DNA of 20,000 nucleotides, taken from the sequence record SRR20825010_2136. The stretch is one strand, 5' to 3'. The notes below the pieces were generated by a model. The model ran no database searches, was not told the origin of the DNA, and saw nothing but the letters and a program-made list of their open reading frames with translations. The position numbers and the translations under genes are program-made. Of this stretch, positions 1 to 9,862 are shown piece after piece; the first letter of the stretch is position 1, and every line of letters begins with the position of its first letter.

Positions 1-1657
1 TTTTCCTGTCACCACTAATTAATTCTCCCGCCACAGGCACACTCTTAGAAGCATCCAAAACATGAATAACAGGTCCAGAATAGACAGGATCAATTTTTAC
101 TGCCGTATGAATTCTAGAAGTAGTTGCCCCACCTACCATAAGCGGAAGTGTCATCTTCCTCCTTTCCATTTCTTTAGCTACATGCACCATTTCATCAAGC
201 GAAGGAGTAATCAAGCCGCTTAGACCAATTACATCTACATTTTCCTCAATGGCTTTGTCTAGAATTTTATCAGCAGGAACCATTACGCCCATATCAATAA
301 TCTCATAGTTATTGCAGGCCAAAACCACCCCAACTATATTTTTACCTATATCATGAACATCACCTTTAACAGTGGCCATGAGGATTTTTCGCCCTGCGTC
401 AGTCTTGGTTTGATCACGATTGGGGTCATTACGTTTGGCTTCCTTCTCTTCTTCCAAATAAGGTAAAAGATAAGCCACGGCCTTTTTCATCACACGGGCA
501 CTCTTCACTACTTGTGGCAAAAACATCTTACCAGAACCAAAAAGGTCGCCCACTACATTCATACCATCCATTAAAGGTCCTTCAATAACTTTCAATGGAC
601 TTACATATTTCTGACGCGTTTCTTCCGTATCTTCATCGATAAACTCGATAATTCCTTTTACTAGAGCATGCTCAAGTCGTTTCTCAACTGATTCCTTCCT
701 CCAAGCATCGTCTTTTACTTGTTTCTTCCCCTCGCCCTTTACCGTTTCGGCAAAATCCAGTAAACGCTCGGTAGCATCAGGCCTACGGTTTAAAAGTACA
801 TCCTCCACCCTTTCTAATAAGTCCTTTGGTATGTCATCATAAATCTCCAGCATGGTTGGATTTACAATGCCCATGTCCATTCCATTTTGAATGGCATGAT
901 ATAGAAAGGCCGAGTGCATGGCTTCGCGTACAGGGTTATTTCCTCGGAATGAGAAGGATACATTACTTACTCCACCACTGACGTGAGCACCCCGTAGGTT
1001 TTCTCTAATCCATTTGGTCGCCATGAAAAAATCAACTGCATTATTGTTGTGTTCTTCAATACCCGTGGCCACAGGAAAAATATTTGGATCGAAGATGATG
1101 TCGTTTTTAGGGAACTTGACCACATCGACTAGAATATCGTATGAACGCTTACAGATTTCGATCCTCCTTTCGTAGGAATCCGCTTGCCCATCTTCGTCAA
1201 AGGCCATTACGATCACTGCTGCTCCATAACGCTTTACTTTCTTAGCGTGGTCAATAAATTGCTCTTCTCCTTCTTTTAAGGAAATCGAGTTTACTACACT
1301 CTTTCCTTGAACACACTTCAATCCAGCTTCGATAATTTCCCATTTCGATGAATCGATCATTATGGGAATTCGAGAAATATCTGGCTCAGCCGCTATCAGG
1401 TTCAGGAATTTAACCATCGCCTCTTTACCATCAAGCATTCCTTCGTCCATATTGATATCCAGAATTTGAGCACCACCGTCTACTTGGTCGCGTGCAACTT
1501 CTAAGGCATCATCAAATTTTTCTTCCAAAATCAAACGTGCAAAACGCTTTGAGCCAGTTACGTTCGTCCTCTCTCCAACGTTAACAAAGTTAGATTCAGG
1601 CGTAACTATAAGCGGCTCTAAACCTGAGAGTTGGAGTGTACTATTGTTGTTTCTCAT
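1..1657 (-). CDS. metH: B12-dependent methionine synthase, pterin-binding/cap/cobalamin-binding part (3' end runs off the window)
   Basis: Not in the ORF track because the stop is outside the window. Manual translation from ATG at 1657 gives [39 protein letters not shown], later LEHALVKGI (cap), [12 protein letters not shown] (DxHxxG cobalamin motif), [11 protein letters not shown] and GGATTS. Confidence 0.96.
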   Translation of the reverse strand, partial: MRNNNSTLQLSGLEPLIVTPESNFVNVGERTNVTGSKRFARLILEEKFDDALEVARDQVDGGAQILDINMDEGMLDGKEAMVKFLNLIAAEPDISRIPIMIDSSKWEIIEAGLKCVQGKSVVNSISLKEGEEQFIDHAKKVKRYGAAVIVMAFDEDGQADSYERRIEICKRSYDILVDVVKFPKNDIIFDPNIFPVATGIEEHNNNAVDFFMATKWIRENLRGAHVSGGVSNVSFSFRGNNPVREAMHSAFLYHAIQNGMDMGIVNPTMLEIYDDIPKDLLERVEDVLLNRRPDATERLLDFAETVKGEGKKQVKDDAWRKESVEKRLEHALVKGIIEFIDEDTEETRQKYVSPLKVIEGPLMDGMNVVGDLFGSGKMFLPQVVKSARVMKKAVAYLLPYLEEEKEAKRNDPNRDQTKTDAGRKILMATVKGDVHDIGKNIVGVVLACNNYEIIDMGVMVPADKILDKAIEENVDVIGLSGLITPSLDEMVHVAKEMERRKMTLPLMVGGATTSRIHTAVKIDPVYSGPVIHVLDASKSVPVAGELISGDRK

Positions 1658-1689
1658 TTCCTATGCAGTAAAAAGTCTTGTGAATTGGT

Positions 1690-2703
1690 TTAATCTTGAA
1701 TTGCCTCACGTTCCAAGCTTCGCGGCTGATATTTAGCAGCCACATCCGCTATAGCCCTAATATGCTCTGGCGTGGTGCCGCAACAACCGCCAATAATGTT
1801 CAAGAAACCACTTGATAGAAAATCCTCTATCTGTTCAGCCATCTCTTCTGGTGATTCATCGTATTCCCCAAACTCGTTTGGCAAACCTGCATTAGGGTGA
1901 GCGCTGGTGAAAAAATCAGCCTTATCGGATAAGGTCTCCAAATATGGACGCAGTTGTTTGGCTCCTAAAGCACAATTAAGCCCTATTGAGAGCAAAGGAA
2001 TGTGAGAAACTGAAATTAAGAAAGCCTGAGTAGTTTGACCTGACAACGTTCTTCCACTGGCATCAGTAATAGTTCCAGAAACCATAATTGGCCACTCCTT
2101 TCCTTTTTCTTCAGAAACCTCTTCAATGGCAAAAAGTGCTGCTTTAGCATTCAAGGTGTCAAAAACCGTTTCAACCAAAAGTAAATCAACTCCCCCATCC
2201 GTAAGCGCGATTACTTGTTCCTTATATGCTTTTACCAATTGATCGAATGTAATTCCTCTAAAGCCCGGATCATTAACATCTGGTGACAATGAAGCCGTTC
2301 GGTTAGTTGGGCCAATGGAACCCGCTACAAAACGAGGTTTATGTGGTTCTTGAGCAGTTATTTCATCTGCTACTTCTCTAGCAATTTTAGCCGATTCGAA
2401 GTTGATTTCATACACAGCATCCTCCAAATGATAATCGGCCTGAGCAATAGTAGTTCCACTGAAAGTATTCGTTTCAACAATATCAGCCCCAGCTAAAAAA
2501 TACTGACGATGGATATCTTTTATGATTTCTGGACGAGTAATGGAAAGCAGGTCGTTATTTCCTTTAAGGGAATGTGAATGACCTTTGAATCTTTCTCCTT
2601 TAAAATCTTCTTCTTCCAAAGGGTGCCTTTGAATCATAGTGCCCATTGCACCATCTAAAACCAAGATTCGTTCTTTGAGAATTTCCTTAATATTTCTTGA
2701 CAT
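1690..2703 (-). CDS. metH: Homocysteine S-methyltransferase domain protein (stand-alone N-terminal part of split MetH)
   Basis: [18 protein letters not shown], Zn ligands in LNCALG and GGCCGT. ORF track start is 2712; 2703 is preferred (A at -3 as is typical for Bacteroidota, [14 protein letters not shown] start). Start choice is inference. Confidence 0.95.
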   Translation of the reverse strand: MSRNIKEILKERILVLDGAMGTMIQRHPLEEEDFKGERFKGHSHSLKGNNDLLSITRPEIIKDIHRQYFLAGADIVETNTFSGTTIAQADYHLEDAVYEINFESAKIAREVADEITAQEPHKPRFVAGSIGPTNRTASLSPDVNDPGFRGITFDQLVKAYKEQVIALTDGGVDLLLVETVFDTLNAKAALFAIEEVSEEKGKEWPIMVSGTITDASGRTLSGQTTQAFLISVSHIPLLSIGLNCALGAKQLRPYLETLSDKADFFTSAHPNAGLPNEFGEYDESPEEMAEQIEDFLSSGFLNIIGGCCGTTPEHIRAIADVAAKYQPRSLEREAIQD

Positions 2704-2752
2704 ATTTTGCATTTAGAGTGCTTATCAAGAAAGACAGGGAGAGTTTTACAGG

Positions 2753-2854
2753 CTCATCTTTTCCTCGAAAACAATTCGAGGCTAGGAGTTAGCACCAGAT
2801 TTTACAGGTTGCTAAGACATCACAGGGCCTAGTCCCTCAGTCTTTCTTGATAAG
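2753..2854 (-). ncRNA. SAM-I (S-box) riboswitch aptamer
   Basis: Minus strand reads CTTATC-AAGA-AAGACTGAGGGACTAGGCCCTGTGATGTCTT-AGCAACCTGTAAAATCTGGTGCT-AACTCCTAG-CCTCGAATTGTTTTCGAGG-AAA-AGATGAG: P1 CTTATC/GATGAG, kink-turn P2 GAGGGAC..GGCCC..GA, P3 GCAACC..GGTGC, P4 CCTCGAA/TTCGAGG. Directly upstream of methionine synthase. Confidence 0.95.
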
Positions 2855-2994
2855 TGATGCAAAGAAAGTAAATAAAGAACAAACCGAAGATCGTTATTCA
2901 AATTATTTCAAGAAAAAATGACAGGAACATACTTCCATAAAAATCCACATGATGATCCTTCTCACAATAATATTCTCTAATTTAATGCCCGTCT

Positions 2995-3903
2995 ATGAGT
3001 AGTCTAAGATTAGCAGCAATTGATATAGGTTCCAATGCCATAAGGTTTCAAGTCACAAACGTGTTGAGTTATGAAGGTCAACACATTTTCAAAAGACTAG
3101 AGTATGTAAGGTTTCCTTTACGACTGGGGCAAGATGTTTTTACACTCAAGAAAATTGGGCCTGAAAAGGAAGATAAGTTCTTGAGGCTAATGCATGCGTT
3201 TAAACTGCTCATTGATCTGTATGAAGTAGATGATTATTATGGTTGCGCCACCTCTGCAATGCGTGAAGCAGAAAATGGATACAAACTAGCCGAAAAGGTA
3301 AACCAGCTTTTAGGGCTAAAAATCAGAATTATTAGCGGAGACGCGGAAGCTGAACTCATTAATAAAGTGGTGCTCAAAAAGCTCGATAATGAGAACTATT
3401 TACATATTGACGTTGGCGGTGGCAGTACTGAACTCAACTTAATTTCCAATGGAAAGAAAGTGACCTCACAGTCTTTCAAAGTGGGTTCAGTAAGGAGCAT
3501 TGAGCAATTAGGCACCTCTGATATTCTTGGGAAAATCGATAAATGGGTTCTGGAAAACGTAACGGGAAAATATAAAGTAATCAAAGCCATAGGAACTGGT
3601 GGAAACATCAATAAGACCTACGAACTGGCAAATAAGCGTAAGGTAGATCGTGTTCTCACATTGAAAGAAGTTTTGGATGTCCAAACCTATGTATCAAGTT
3701 TCACTTTAGATGAAAGGATTCATAAACTTCAGCTTAACCCTGACAGGGCTGATGTACTAATTCCGGCTTCACATATTTATATGCATGTGATGAAATCTGC
3801 CAAATGTCGTAAAATTTTAGTACCGGATGTTGGTCTCAAAGATGGCATAATGCACATGTTGTACGAAAGAAATATTAAGGATACTGAGGTTGACTTTAAA
3901 TAA
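2995..3903 (+). CDS. ppx: Ppx/GppA family exopolyphosphatase, short form without C-terminal HD domain
   Basis: AAIDIGSNAIR, ATSAMREAEN, ISGDAEAE, IDVGGGSTE, DRADVLIPA and GLKDG motifs of ASKHA-fold Ppx/GppA. Confidence 0.92.
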   Translation: MSSLRLAAIDIGSNAIRFQVTNVLSYEGQHIFKRLEYVRFPLRLGQDVFTLKKIGPEKEDKFLRLMHAFKLLIDLYEVDDYYGCATSAMREAENGYKLAEKVNQLLGLKIRIISGDAEAELINKVVLKKLDNENYLHIDVGGGSTELNLISNGKKVTSQSFKVGSVRSIEQLGTSDILGKIDKWVLENVTGKYKVIKAIGTGGNINKTYELANKRKVDRVLTLKEVLDVQTYVSSFTLDERIHKLQLNPDRADVLIPASHIYMHVMKSAKCRKILVPDVGLKDGIMHMLYERNIKDTEVDFK

Positions 3904-3958
3904 AGAATTTACACTCTATATCCAATTCCTACCCTTGGTGTAAATCGTTATAGCCCAT

Positions 3959-3984
3959 TAAACCATTAGGCTTCAGACACGTCC
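3959..3984 (+). promoter_or_regulatory. Putative ECF sigma-factor promoter
   Basis: TAAAC (3959-3963), 16-nt spacer, CGTC (3980-3983) fits the general ECF AAC-N16/17-CGT pattern, about 20 nt upstream of ATG 4004. Confidence 0.5.
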
Positions 3985-4003
3985 AATGCTGAAACGAATC
4001 AAA

Positions 4004-4420
4004 ATGAGAAAAAGAACTCTATTAATTGTGGCGATATTCTTTGCTGTAGCAGCAACAGCATTCGCTCAGCGTGGCGGTCAAGGTGGGCAAAGACCTGACC
4101 CTAAAGTACAAGCCAAAACTACCGCAGATACTTGGCAAGAAAAATTTGGTTTATCAGATGAACAACGCACTAAGGTTTATGACCTACTTATTGTTTCTTC
4201 TGAGAAACAAACGGCAAAGATGACCGAACTAAGAGGTAGTGGTACTATGGATCGTGATGCAATGACAGCAGCAATGACCAAAATGCAAGAAGATCAAGAT
4301 AAGGAATTGAAGAAAATTTTCAGTGCAACCCAATGGACTGCATATGAAGTATGGAAGAAAGAAAACCCACCAACGCAAGGAAGAAGAGGGGGAGGCGGAG
4401 GCCGAGGCGGACAAGAATAG
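4004..4420 (+). CDS. Secreted helical protein, Spy/CpxP-like (LTXXQ-type repeats), Gly/Arg-rich termini
   Basis: Signal peptide MRKRTLLIVAIFFAVAATAFA|Q; LSDEQ and FSATQW repeats; RGG-rich ends. Start 4004 preferred over 3986 because it gives a clean signal peptide. Family assignment is by resemblance only. Confidence 0.65.
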   Translation: MRKRTLLIVAIFFAVAATAFAQRGGQGGQRPDPKVQAKTTADTWQEKFGLSDEQRTKVYDLLIVSSEKQTAKMTELRGSGTMDRDAMTAAMTKMQEDQDKELKKIFSATQWTAYEVWKKENPPTQGRRGGGGGRGGQE

Positions 4421-4442
4421 TCTTTGTTTTTTCAGTTGATAG

Positions 4443-4475
4443 AAACCCGATAACTAAATAATATCGGGTTTTTTT
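4443..4475. terminator. Intrinsic terminator between convergent genes (U-tract on + strand)
   Basis: AAACCCGATA (4443-4452), 9-nt loop, TATCGGGTTT (4462-4471), then TTTT; abuts the SemiSWEET stop codon. Confidence 0.85.
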
Positions 4476-4761
4476 ATGCCTTAAAACCCTTAACACCCGC
4501 TGACTTCTTCTTAAAAGTGACTTTAAAGTAAATTAAAATCAAGCTGAGAACGAGTATAGCTGAATTGGCTATAATCACTGGGATTAAGCCCAAAGCAAAG
4601 CCATAAATAAGCCATACAATAGTGCTGCAAAAAACGATCACGAGCATCCCCATACTTAAATCATCAGCACTCTTAATTTTCCATGTTCGAATAACTTGAG
4701 GTAAAAAAGTCAAGCTACTTAAAATTGCCCCCATCAAGCCCATTGATTCGTATATATCCAT
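4474..4761 (-). CDS. SemiSWEET (PQ-loop/MtN3) sugar transporter
   Basis: 95 aa, three hydrophobic helices, FLPQVIRTWKIKSADDLS, WLIYG and PVIIAN signatures. Confidence 0.93.
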   Translation of the reverse strand: MDIYESMGLMGAILSSLTFLPQVIRTWKIKSADDLSMGMLVIVFCSTIVWLIYGFALGLIPVIIANSAILVLSLILIYFKVTFKKKSAGVKGFKA

Positions 4762-4854
4762 CTCGTTCTATCTAGGCCGAAATTTATTACAATATTTCGG
4801 TAGATTTTTGAAATCAGAAAGCTTGTATCAAAACATAACCTAGGGGTAAAGGGC

Positions 4855-4896
4855 AGAAACCGATCCCAAAGACTTGACCCTTCGAGATCGGCTTCT
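4855..4896 (-). terminator. Strong hairpin 3' of the permease operon (terminator or stabiliser)
   Basis: Minus strand AGAAGCCGATCTCGAAG-ggtcaagt-CTTTGGGATCGGTTTCT: 17 bp with three G-U pairs that only work on the minus strand; 26 nt after the stop at 4923. U-tract is weak. Confidence 0.65.
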
Positions 4897-4922
4897 ATAG
4901 TTGAGTTTCTCTTTACTGACTA

Positions 4923-7364
4923 TTACTCGTATCGCAAAGCCTCAATTGGATTGCGCCTAGCCACTTTGATGGATTGGAAAACCACCGTTAGAAAGGCAAC
5001 CCCAAGGATTAAAACTGCGGGTATGGCAAAGATGTACCAAGCCAGATCAATTTGATAGGAGAAAGTTTGAAGCCACTTTTCGGCACCAAAATAAGTAATT
5101 GGAAGGGCTATTATTACGGAAAGAAGAATAAGCTTCATGAAGTTTGTAGACAGCATTTGTATGATGCTAGAAACGTTTGCCCCCAGAACCTTTCTAATAC
5201 CAATCTCCTTAATCTTCTGCTGAACTTCGTAAAGCACTAAACCGAATAAACCTAAGATAGAAACAAAAATAGTGATAGAAGCAAAAACACCGAAAACGGT
5301 TCCAAACTGCTGATCGGCCTTATATTGCTCGTTAAACTTCTCATCAAGGAAGAAGTAATCAAAATCACTATTTGGATAAACAGTTCGATAAGCACTTTCA
5401 ATTTTAGCTACCATGGCTTTATATGACCCCCCTGAATTTTCAGCATTCAGTTTCACAGAAGCATAATTCCCATTATCTCCCTCCTTATCGAACCAAAAAA
5501 CGGTAGGGTCAACACTAGTTTTGAGTGAATGATGGTTGTAATCATTGAACACTCCTAAGACCTGAACTTCATTACCCCAAAAATAAACCTTAGCTCCTAT
5601 TGCTTCTTCGTTTGAATTAAGACCCAACATTCTTCTGGCTGTTTCATTTACCATGATAGAAGTAAGTTTTTCGCTAGCTGAAATATCTCTTTCATCGTTA
5701 AAATTACGACCAGCTAAAACCTGAAAGCCAAAAGTTGGAACAAATTCAGCATCTATCCTGTAGAAAAAGAAAACGCTATTTTGAGCTTCTTCATGGCCCT
5801 GGGCATAAATTCCTGTCCCGGTATTCATTTCGCCTGTTCCTTGACCAAACAAGGTTTCGGAATAAGTTACATTGGCCACTTGCGGCAATCGCTTTAGTTC
5901 GGTTTTGAAAGCTTGGCGTTTTTGCAATTGTGCCTCATTAGAATCGGCTACTAATGGCGATCGTACCACCACGGTTCGGTCTATATTTACCCCCAATTTT
6001 TGATTCCGCATTTCTTGCACCTGAGAATAAATCACCATCGTTCCAGCCAAAAGCACCATGGTAATCATAAATTGAAACACCACCAGTCCCTTTCTGAGTA
6101 CTATTCCTTTTTTGGAACTTGCAAGGCTACCTTTGAGTACTTCAAGCGGCTTATAGTTCGATAATACTAATGCCGGGTAAACACCCGAAGCCAGTGTACC
6201 TATAAAAAGCAGGCCCATGACAAAGCCAAAAAGCGCTAGTTCTGAGAACACGTTAAAACTTAAACTGAGTCCAGAGAACTGATTAAAGAAAGGCAAAACA
6301 CCCTGAATCAGCGTGAGTGTAAGTACCAAGGATAAAAAGTTAATCAGGAAAGACTCTGTCAAAAATTGACTTAACAAAGCGCCCCTATTAGAGCCCAAAA
6401 CCTTCCTTACCCCTACTTCTTTGCCTCTTTCCAAAGCTTTTGCGGTAGATAGATTTATGTAGTTTACCCAAGCAATCACCAGAACAAATAAAGCAACGAC
6501 TAATAAAATATTTACGGTTGCTTGATTTCCGTTCACATCTGCTTCAAAGGTTTTGTCAGAATTAAGGTGAATATCTGTTAGGGGTTGAATGATCAATTTT
6601 TCGGCCCTGTCAGCTTCTGTTTTGGCTAAAAAACTCTGATTGAAACGTTCGGTAAAAGCATTATCGAGCTTTGCTCCATTCGTTTTTAAATACATAAATT
6701 CATTATTCCCGCTCCAATTATTGTAATCCCATTCTAAGTATTGGACTCCTGTTGCATAAGAAATAAGGATATCGAATTTAAGATGCGCATTTTCCGGAAC
6801 ATCTTTAATCACTCCAGTCACTTGCATTGGAATTTCAGCCCCACCAGGTACCGCTGTTAGAATTTTACCCATTGGGTCTTCATCACCAAAATACTTTTTC
6901 GCCACGCTTTCGGTAATTACAATCTTGGCTACTTCATTCAATGCCGATGCTTTATCCCCTTGAGTCACTCCCCAATCAAAAACACTTAGCCAGCCCGGGT
7001 TGGCAAAATACACCTGGTCTTCATTAAAGGCTTTGTCCTCATTTTTGAAAAGAAAACGACCAATATGGCGCACCATGGCAAAGTCTTTTACTTCCGGAAA
7101 ATCCTCTATAGCCATAGGCCCAACTGCAGGGTAACATTGAGCATCGGAAGTTTGTAAAGTACCTTCGGCATATAAGTCTACTGTCACACGATAAATATCT
7201 TCGGCCTGTGGATGAAAACCATCGTAACTCATTTCGAATCGAGCATAAGTCAGAATCAGAAAACAGACCGTCATGCCAATCGTAAGTCCAAAGACATTGA
7301 TGATTGCGAATGACTTTCTCTTCTTGATGTTTCTTAAAGCGACTAATAAGTTATTTTTAAACAT
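4923..7364 (-). CDS. ABC transporter permease, MacB/FtsX family with duplicated domains (4th in operon)
   Basis: MFKNNLLVALRN start, TM1, periplasmic domain, KEVGVRKVLG and KEIGIRKVLGA FtsX motifs, C-terminal NPIEALRYE. Confidence 0.93.
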   Translation of the reverse strand: MFKNNLLVALRNIKKRKSFAIINVFGLTIGMTVCFLILTYARFEMSYDGFHPQAEDIYRVTVDLYAEGTLQTSDAQCYPAVGPMAIEDFPEVKDFAMVRHIGRFLFKNEDKAFNEDQVYFANPGWLSVFDWGVTQGDKASALNEVAKIVITESVAKKYFGDEDPMGKILTAVPGGAEIPMQVTGVIKDVPENAHLKFDILISYATGVQYLEWDYNNWSGNNEFMYLKTNGAKLDNAFTERFNQSFLAKTEADRAEKLIIQPLTDIHLNSDKTFEADVNGNQATVNILLVVALFVLVIAWVNYINLSTAKALERGKEVGVRKVLGSNRGALLSQFLTESFLINFLSLVLTLTLIQGVLPFFNQFSGLSLSFNVFSELALFGFVMGLLFIGTLASGVYPALVLSNYKPLEVLKGSLASSKKGIVLRKGLVVFQFMITMVLLAGTMVIYSQVQEMRNQKLGVNIDRTVVVRSPLVADSNEAQLQKRQAFKTELKRLPQVANVTYSETLFGQGTGEMNTGTGIYAQGHEEAQNSVFFFYRIDAEFVPTFGFQVLAGRNFNDERDISASEKLTSIMVNETARRMLGLNSNEEAIGAKVYFWGNEVQVLGVFNDYNHHSLKTSVDPTVFWFDKEGDNGNYASVKLNAENSGGSYKAMVAKIESAYRTVYPNSDFDYFFLDEKFNEQYKADQQFGTVFGVFASITIFVSILGLFGLVLYEVQQKIKEIGIRKVLGANVSSIIQMLSTNFMKLILLSVIIALPITYFGAEKWLQTFSYQIDLAWYIFAIPAVLILGVAFLTVVFQSIKVARRNPIEALRYE

Positions 7365-7400
7365 GGTATTGAATTAAGATTGTAAATGTTGTTTTGAGTT

Positions 7401-9851
7401 TTATTCGCAGCGAAGTGATTGAACAGGATTTAACCGAGCGACTTTTAGGGTTTGCCCTATCACAATACCTAAAGAGATAAATGCGATAACCGCCAATGGT
7501 AGCGCAAAGAAAACCCAACCAATATTGGTTCTAAATGCATAGCCTTCTAGCCATGATTCAGCACCCATATAAATTAAAGGAAGGCCGATAAAATTGGCCA
7601 ACAGAATAAGCCAAAGAAACTCCTTGGAGAGCAATTGCAAAACATCAACAACGGAAGCGCCCAAGACCTTTCTGATCCCAATTTCCTTTGTCCGCTGAAC
7701 AGCGGTGTACCCTACTAAACCAAAAAGTCCTAAACAAGCAATAGCGATTGTCAATAGAGAAAATAGGTTGAAAATGCTCCCAAATTGTTCGTCAGACTTA
7801 TAAAGGTTATTGAATCTGGCATCCATAAAACCATACTCGAATACATCCCCTGGATAGAACTCATTGTAGGTTTGCTCAATATATGATAATGTTTGTGGCA
7901 CATTATCGGCACTCACCCTAATTTGATATGTATCGCTATAGCCAAAATAAATAGGTATAATTAGCATAGGTTCTATGGACTCTTTAAGTGAGCGATGATG
8001 AAAATCCTCTGTTATGCCTACAATAGTCCATTCCTGTCCGAAGAACAATAACTTTTTATTCACAGCCTCTTCTGCAGTTTTAAACCCTAGTAATTTGGAT
8101 GCCTTCTCATTTATTATAGCTGCATCAATTAGCCGTGGATCATCTTTGTGATCTGCTGGGCGAAAAGGTCTCCCTGCTAGAAAATTGATTTGGTAAACAT
8201 CAAAAAACCTATAGTTAGCCCCCATCCGATTAAGCATATGACCTTCAGTTTGGCCCAGCCTTCTCACATCAAAAACCCTTGGCATACGGCTTCCAAAAAC
8301 ATTGGAGGATGTACCAGCCTTTATGACATGTGCATTTTGTTCAAGTTTGTTGAGAAAGGTGTTCATATGAACTACAATAGTCGTATCAAAATTTGCCAAT
8401 GAAGGCCCCTCCACGGTAACTACTTGCTCCATATTTAATCCCAAATCCTGACGCTTCATGAATTGGGTTTGTTTCACCACTAGATAAGTGCCAGCAATAA
8501 GTGCCGTAGAAAGAATAAATTGAAAAGTGACTAAGGACTTTCTCAAAATCCGACCTTGCGTACTTTTTCCATAATCTCCTTTAAGAGTCTGAAAAGGCTT
8601 AAAGCCAGAAAGGATAAAGGCTGGATAAATGCCTGATCCTATAGAGCCCAATAATAGAATAATAAGCATCCAGACAAACACTTGAAGTGAGCCAAGCTTC
8701 AAAAATATAAACTCTAACAAAGACAGGTTTTCTTCGACCAAATTGTTAAACGGAACTTGCAAGGCCTGTACGAGAGTAATTGCCAATACAAATGCCAAGA
8801 GGTTCAGCATCATTGATTCGGTCAAGTATTGTCTAATTAACTGAATCCGGCTGGCACCCACTACCTTTCGTATCCCTACCTCCTTAGCCCTTTGTAAGGA
8901 TTTGGAGGTTGTCAAGTTCACATAGTTCACCCAGGCCATGATTATAATAAAGCCAGCAATAATTATGAGAACCCAAACCATTTTACCATCTGAAGTTTCA
9001 TGAATTTCATACTCATAATCAGAATATAGATGTACATCCGCCAAAGGTTGAAGGTGGAACTTTTCGAGGTTTCCTGTCACTTCATCTCCCCTGAAGTACT
9101 TCTCTGAGAAATCAACGAACTTCTCCTGAAATTTGCTGTAGTCTACACTTTCGGCCAGTTCTATATAGTGGAAATAATCAGAATTGTTCCAACTAAAACG
9201 GGCAGATTCTCCCCAGAGACTAAAGATTGTTACTCGCGAAAGAAGTGCTTCATATGGAAGACTCGAATTAGTTGGTGGGTCTGCCACGACTCCAGAAAGC
9301 TGCCATTTTAATCTTTCTGAGCCCATTTCTAAAACAGTACCTAGGTAGTCTGTCCAATCACCCTCCGTAGTCTGAAAAATTTTCTCCGCCATCGACTCGG
9401 TCAATACAACCTGGTAATTCTCGCTCACAAAGGTCTCACGGTTTCCAGCTAGTACCTCGATATCAAACATTTCGAAAAATGAAGGTTCAACTAATAATGC
9501 CGAAGATATTTCTGAAGCCTTATTCTCATATAAAAAAACATTCCCATCAAAAGTGTTGACTGTGGTATAATTCACAATTTCTGGATAATCTTCTGCCATT
9601 TGAGGCCCCACCGCAGAGTAGGTAATCTGACCACGCTGAAGCAATTGATCGCCTTCAAAGCGTTCATTCATTACTCGATATATCTGATCTGACTTGTGGT
9701 GATACTTATCGAAGCTCAGCTGAAAAAAGGCATATTCTAAAATAAAGATACAAGCGGCCAAACCAATGGAAAGCCCGAGTATATTGACCAAAGAGAAAGT
9801 TGTGTTCTTTCTTAAAGACCTGAATGTTGTTTTGAGATAGTTTTTGAACAT
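7401..9851 (-). CDS. ABC transporter permease, MacB/FtsX family (3rd in operon)
   Basis: MFKNYLKTTFRSL, LQPLADVHL, KEVGIRKVVGA, KEIGIRKVLGAS, NPVQSLRCE. Confidence 0.93.
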   Translation of the reverse strand: MFKNYLKTTFRSLRKNTTFSLVNILGLSIGLAACIFILEYAFFQLSFDKYHHKSDQIYRVMNERFEGDQLLQRGQITYSAVGPQMAEDYPEIVNYTTVNTFDGNVFLYENKASEISSALLVEPSFFEMFDIEVLAGNRETFVSENYQVVLTESMAEKIFQTTEGDWTDYLGTVLEMGSERLKWQLSGVVADPPTNSSLPYEALLSRVTIFSLWGESARFSWNNSDYFHYIELAESVDYSKFQEKFVDFSEKYFRGDEVTGNLEKFHLQPLADVHLYSDYEYEIHETSDGKMVWVLIIIAGFIIIMAWVNYVNLTTSKSLQRAKEVGIRKVVGASRIQLIRQYLTESMMLNLLAFVLAITLVQALQVPFNNLVEENLSLLEFIFLKLGSLQVFVWMLIILLLGSIGSGIYPAFILSGFKPFQTLKGDYGKSTQGRILRKSLVTFQFILSTALIAGTYLVVKQTQFMKRQDLGLNMEQVVTVEGPSLANFDTTIVVHMNTFLNKLEQNAHVIKAGTSSNVFGSRMPRVFDVRRLGQTEGHMLNRMGANYRFFDVYQINFLAGRPFRPADHKDDPRLIDAAIINEKASKLLGFKTAEEAVNKKLLFFGQEWTIVGITEDFHHRSLKESIEPMLIIPIYFGYSDTYQIRVSADNVPQTLSYIEQTYNEFYPGDVFEYGFMDARFNNLYKSDEQFGSIFNLFSLLTIAIACLGLFGLVGYTAVQRTKEIGIRKVLGASVVDVLQLLSKEFLWLILLANFIGLPLIYMGAESWLEGYAFRTNIGWVFFALPLAVIAFISLGIVIGQTLKVARLNPVQSLRCE

Positions 9852-9862
9852 GAGTTATAAGT

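Noticed and set aside
1658-1692. Possible frameshift or pseudogene in metH
   Set aside because: The break is at the domain boundary, both halves keep their catalytic motifs, and the second half has its own ATG.
2860-2902. Housekeeping promoter for the riboswitch leader (TTTCTTTG, minus strand)
   Set aside because: Position fits, but it mismatches TAnnTTTG and no well-spaced -33 TTTG was found.
3396-3611. 71-aa minus-strand ORF
   Set aside because: Antisense shadow inside ppx, no recognisable motifs.
4229-4414. 61-aa Cys/His-rich minus-strand ORF (MSASASAS...HCCCHC)
   Set aside because: Antisense of the Gly-rich and Met/Ala-rich codons of the 4004-4420 gene; the composition is an artefact, and no RiPP or metallothionein context is present.
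4474-4761. SemiSWEET as part of the permease operon
   Set aside because: Separated by a strong hairpin and has its own -7-like TAAATTTC (4786-4779); no functional link is evident.
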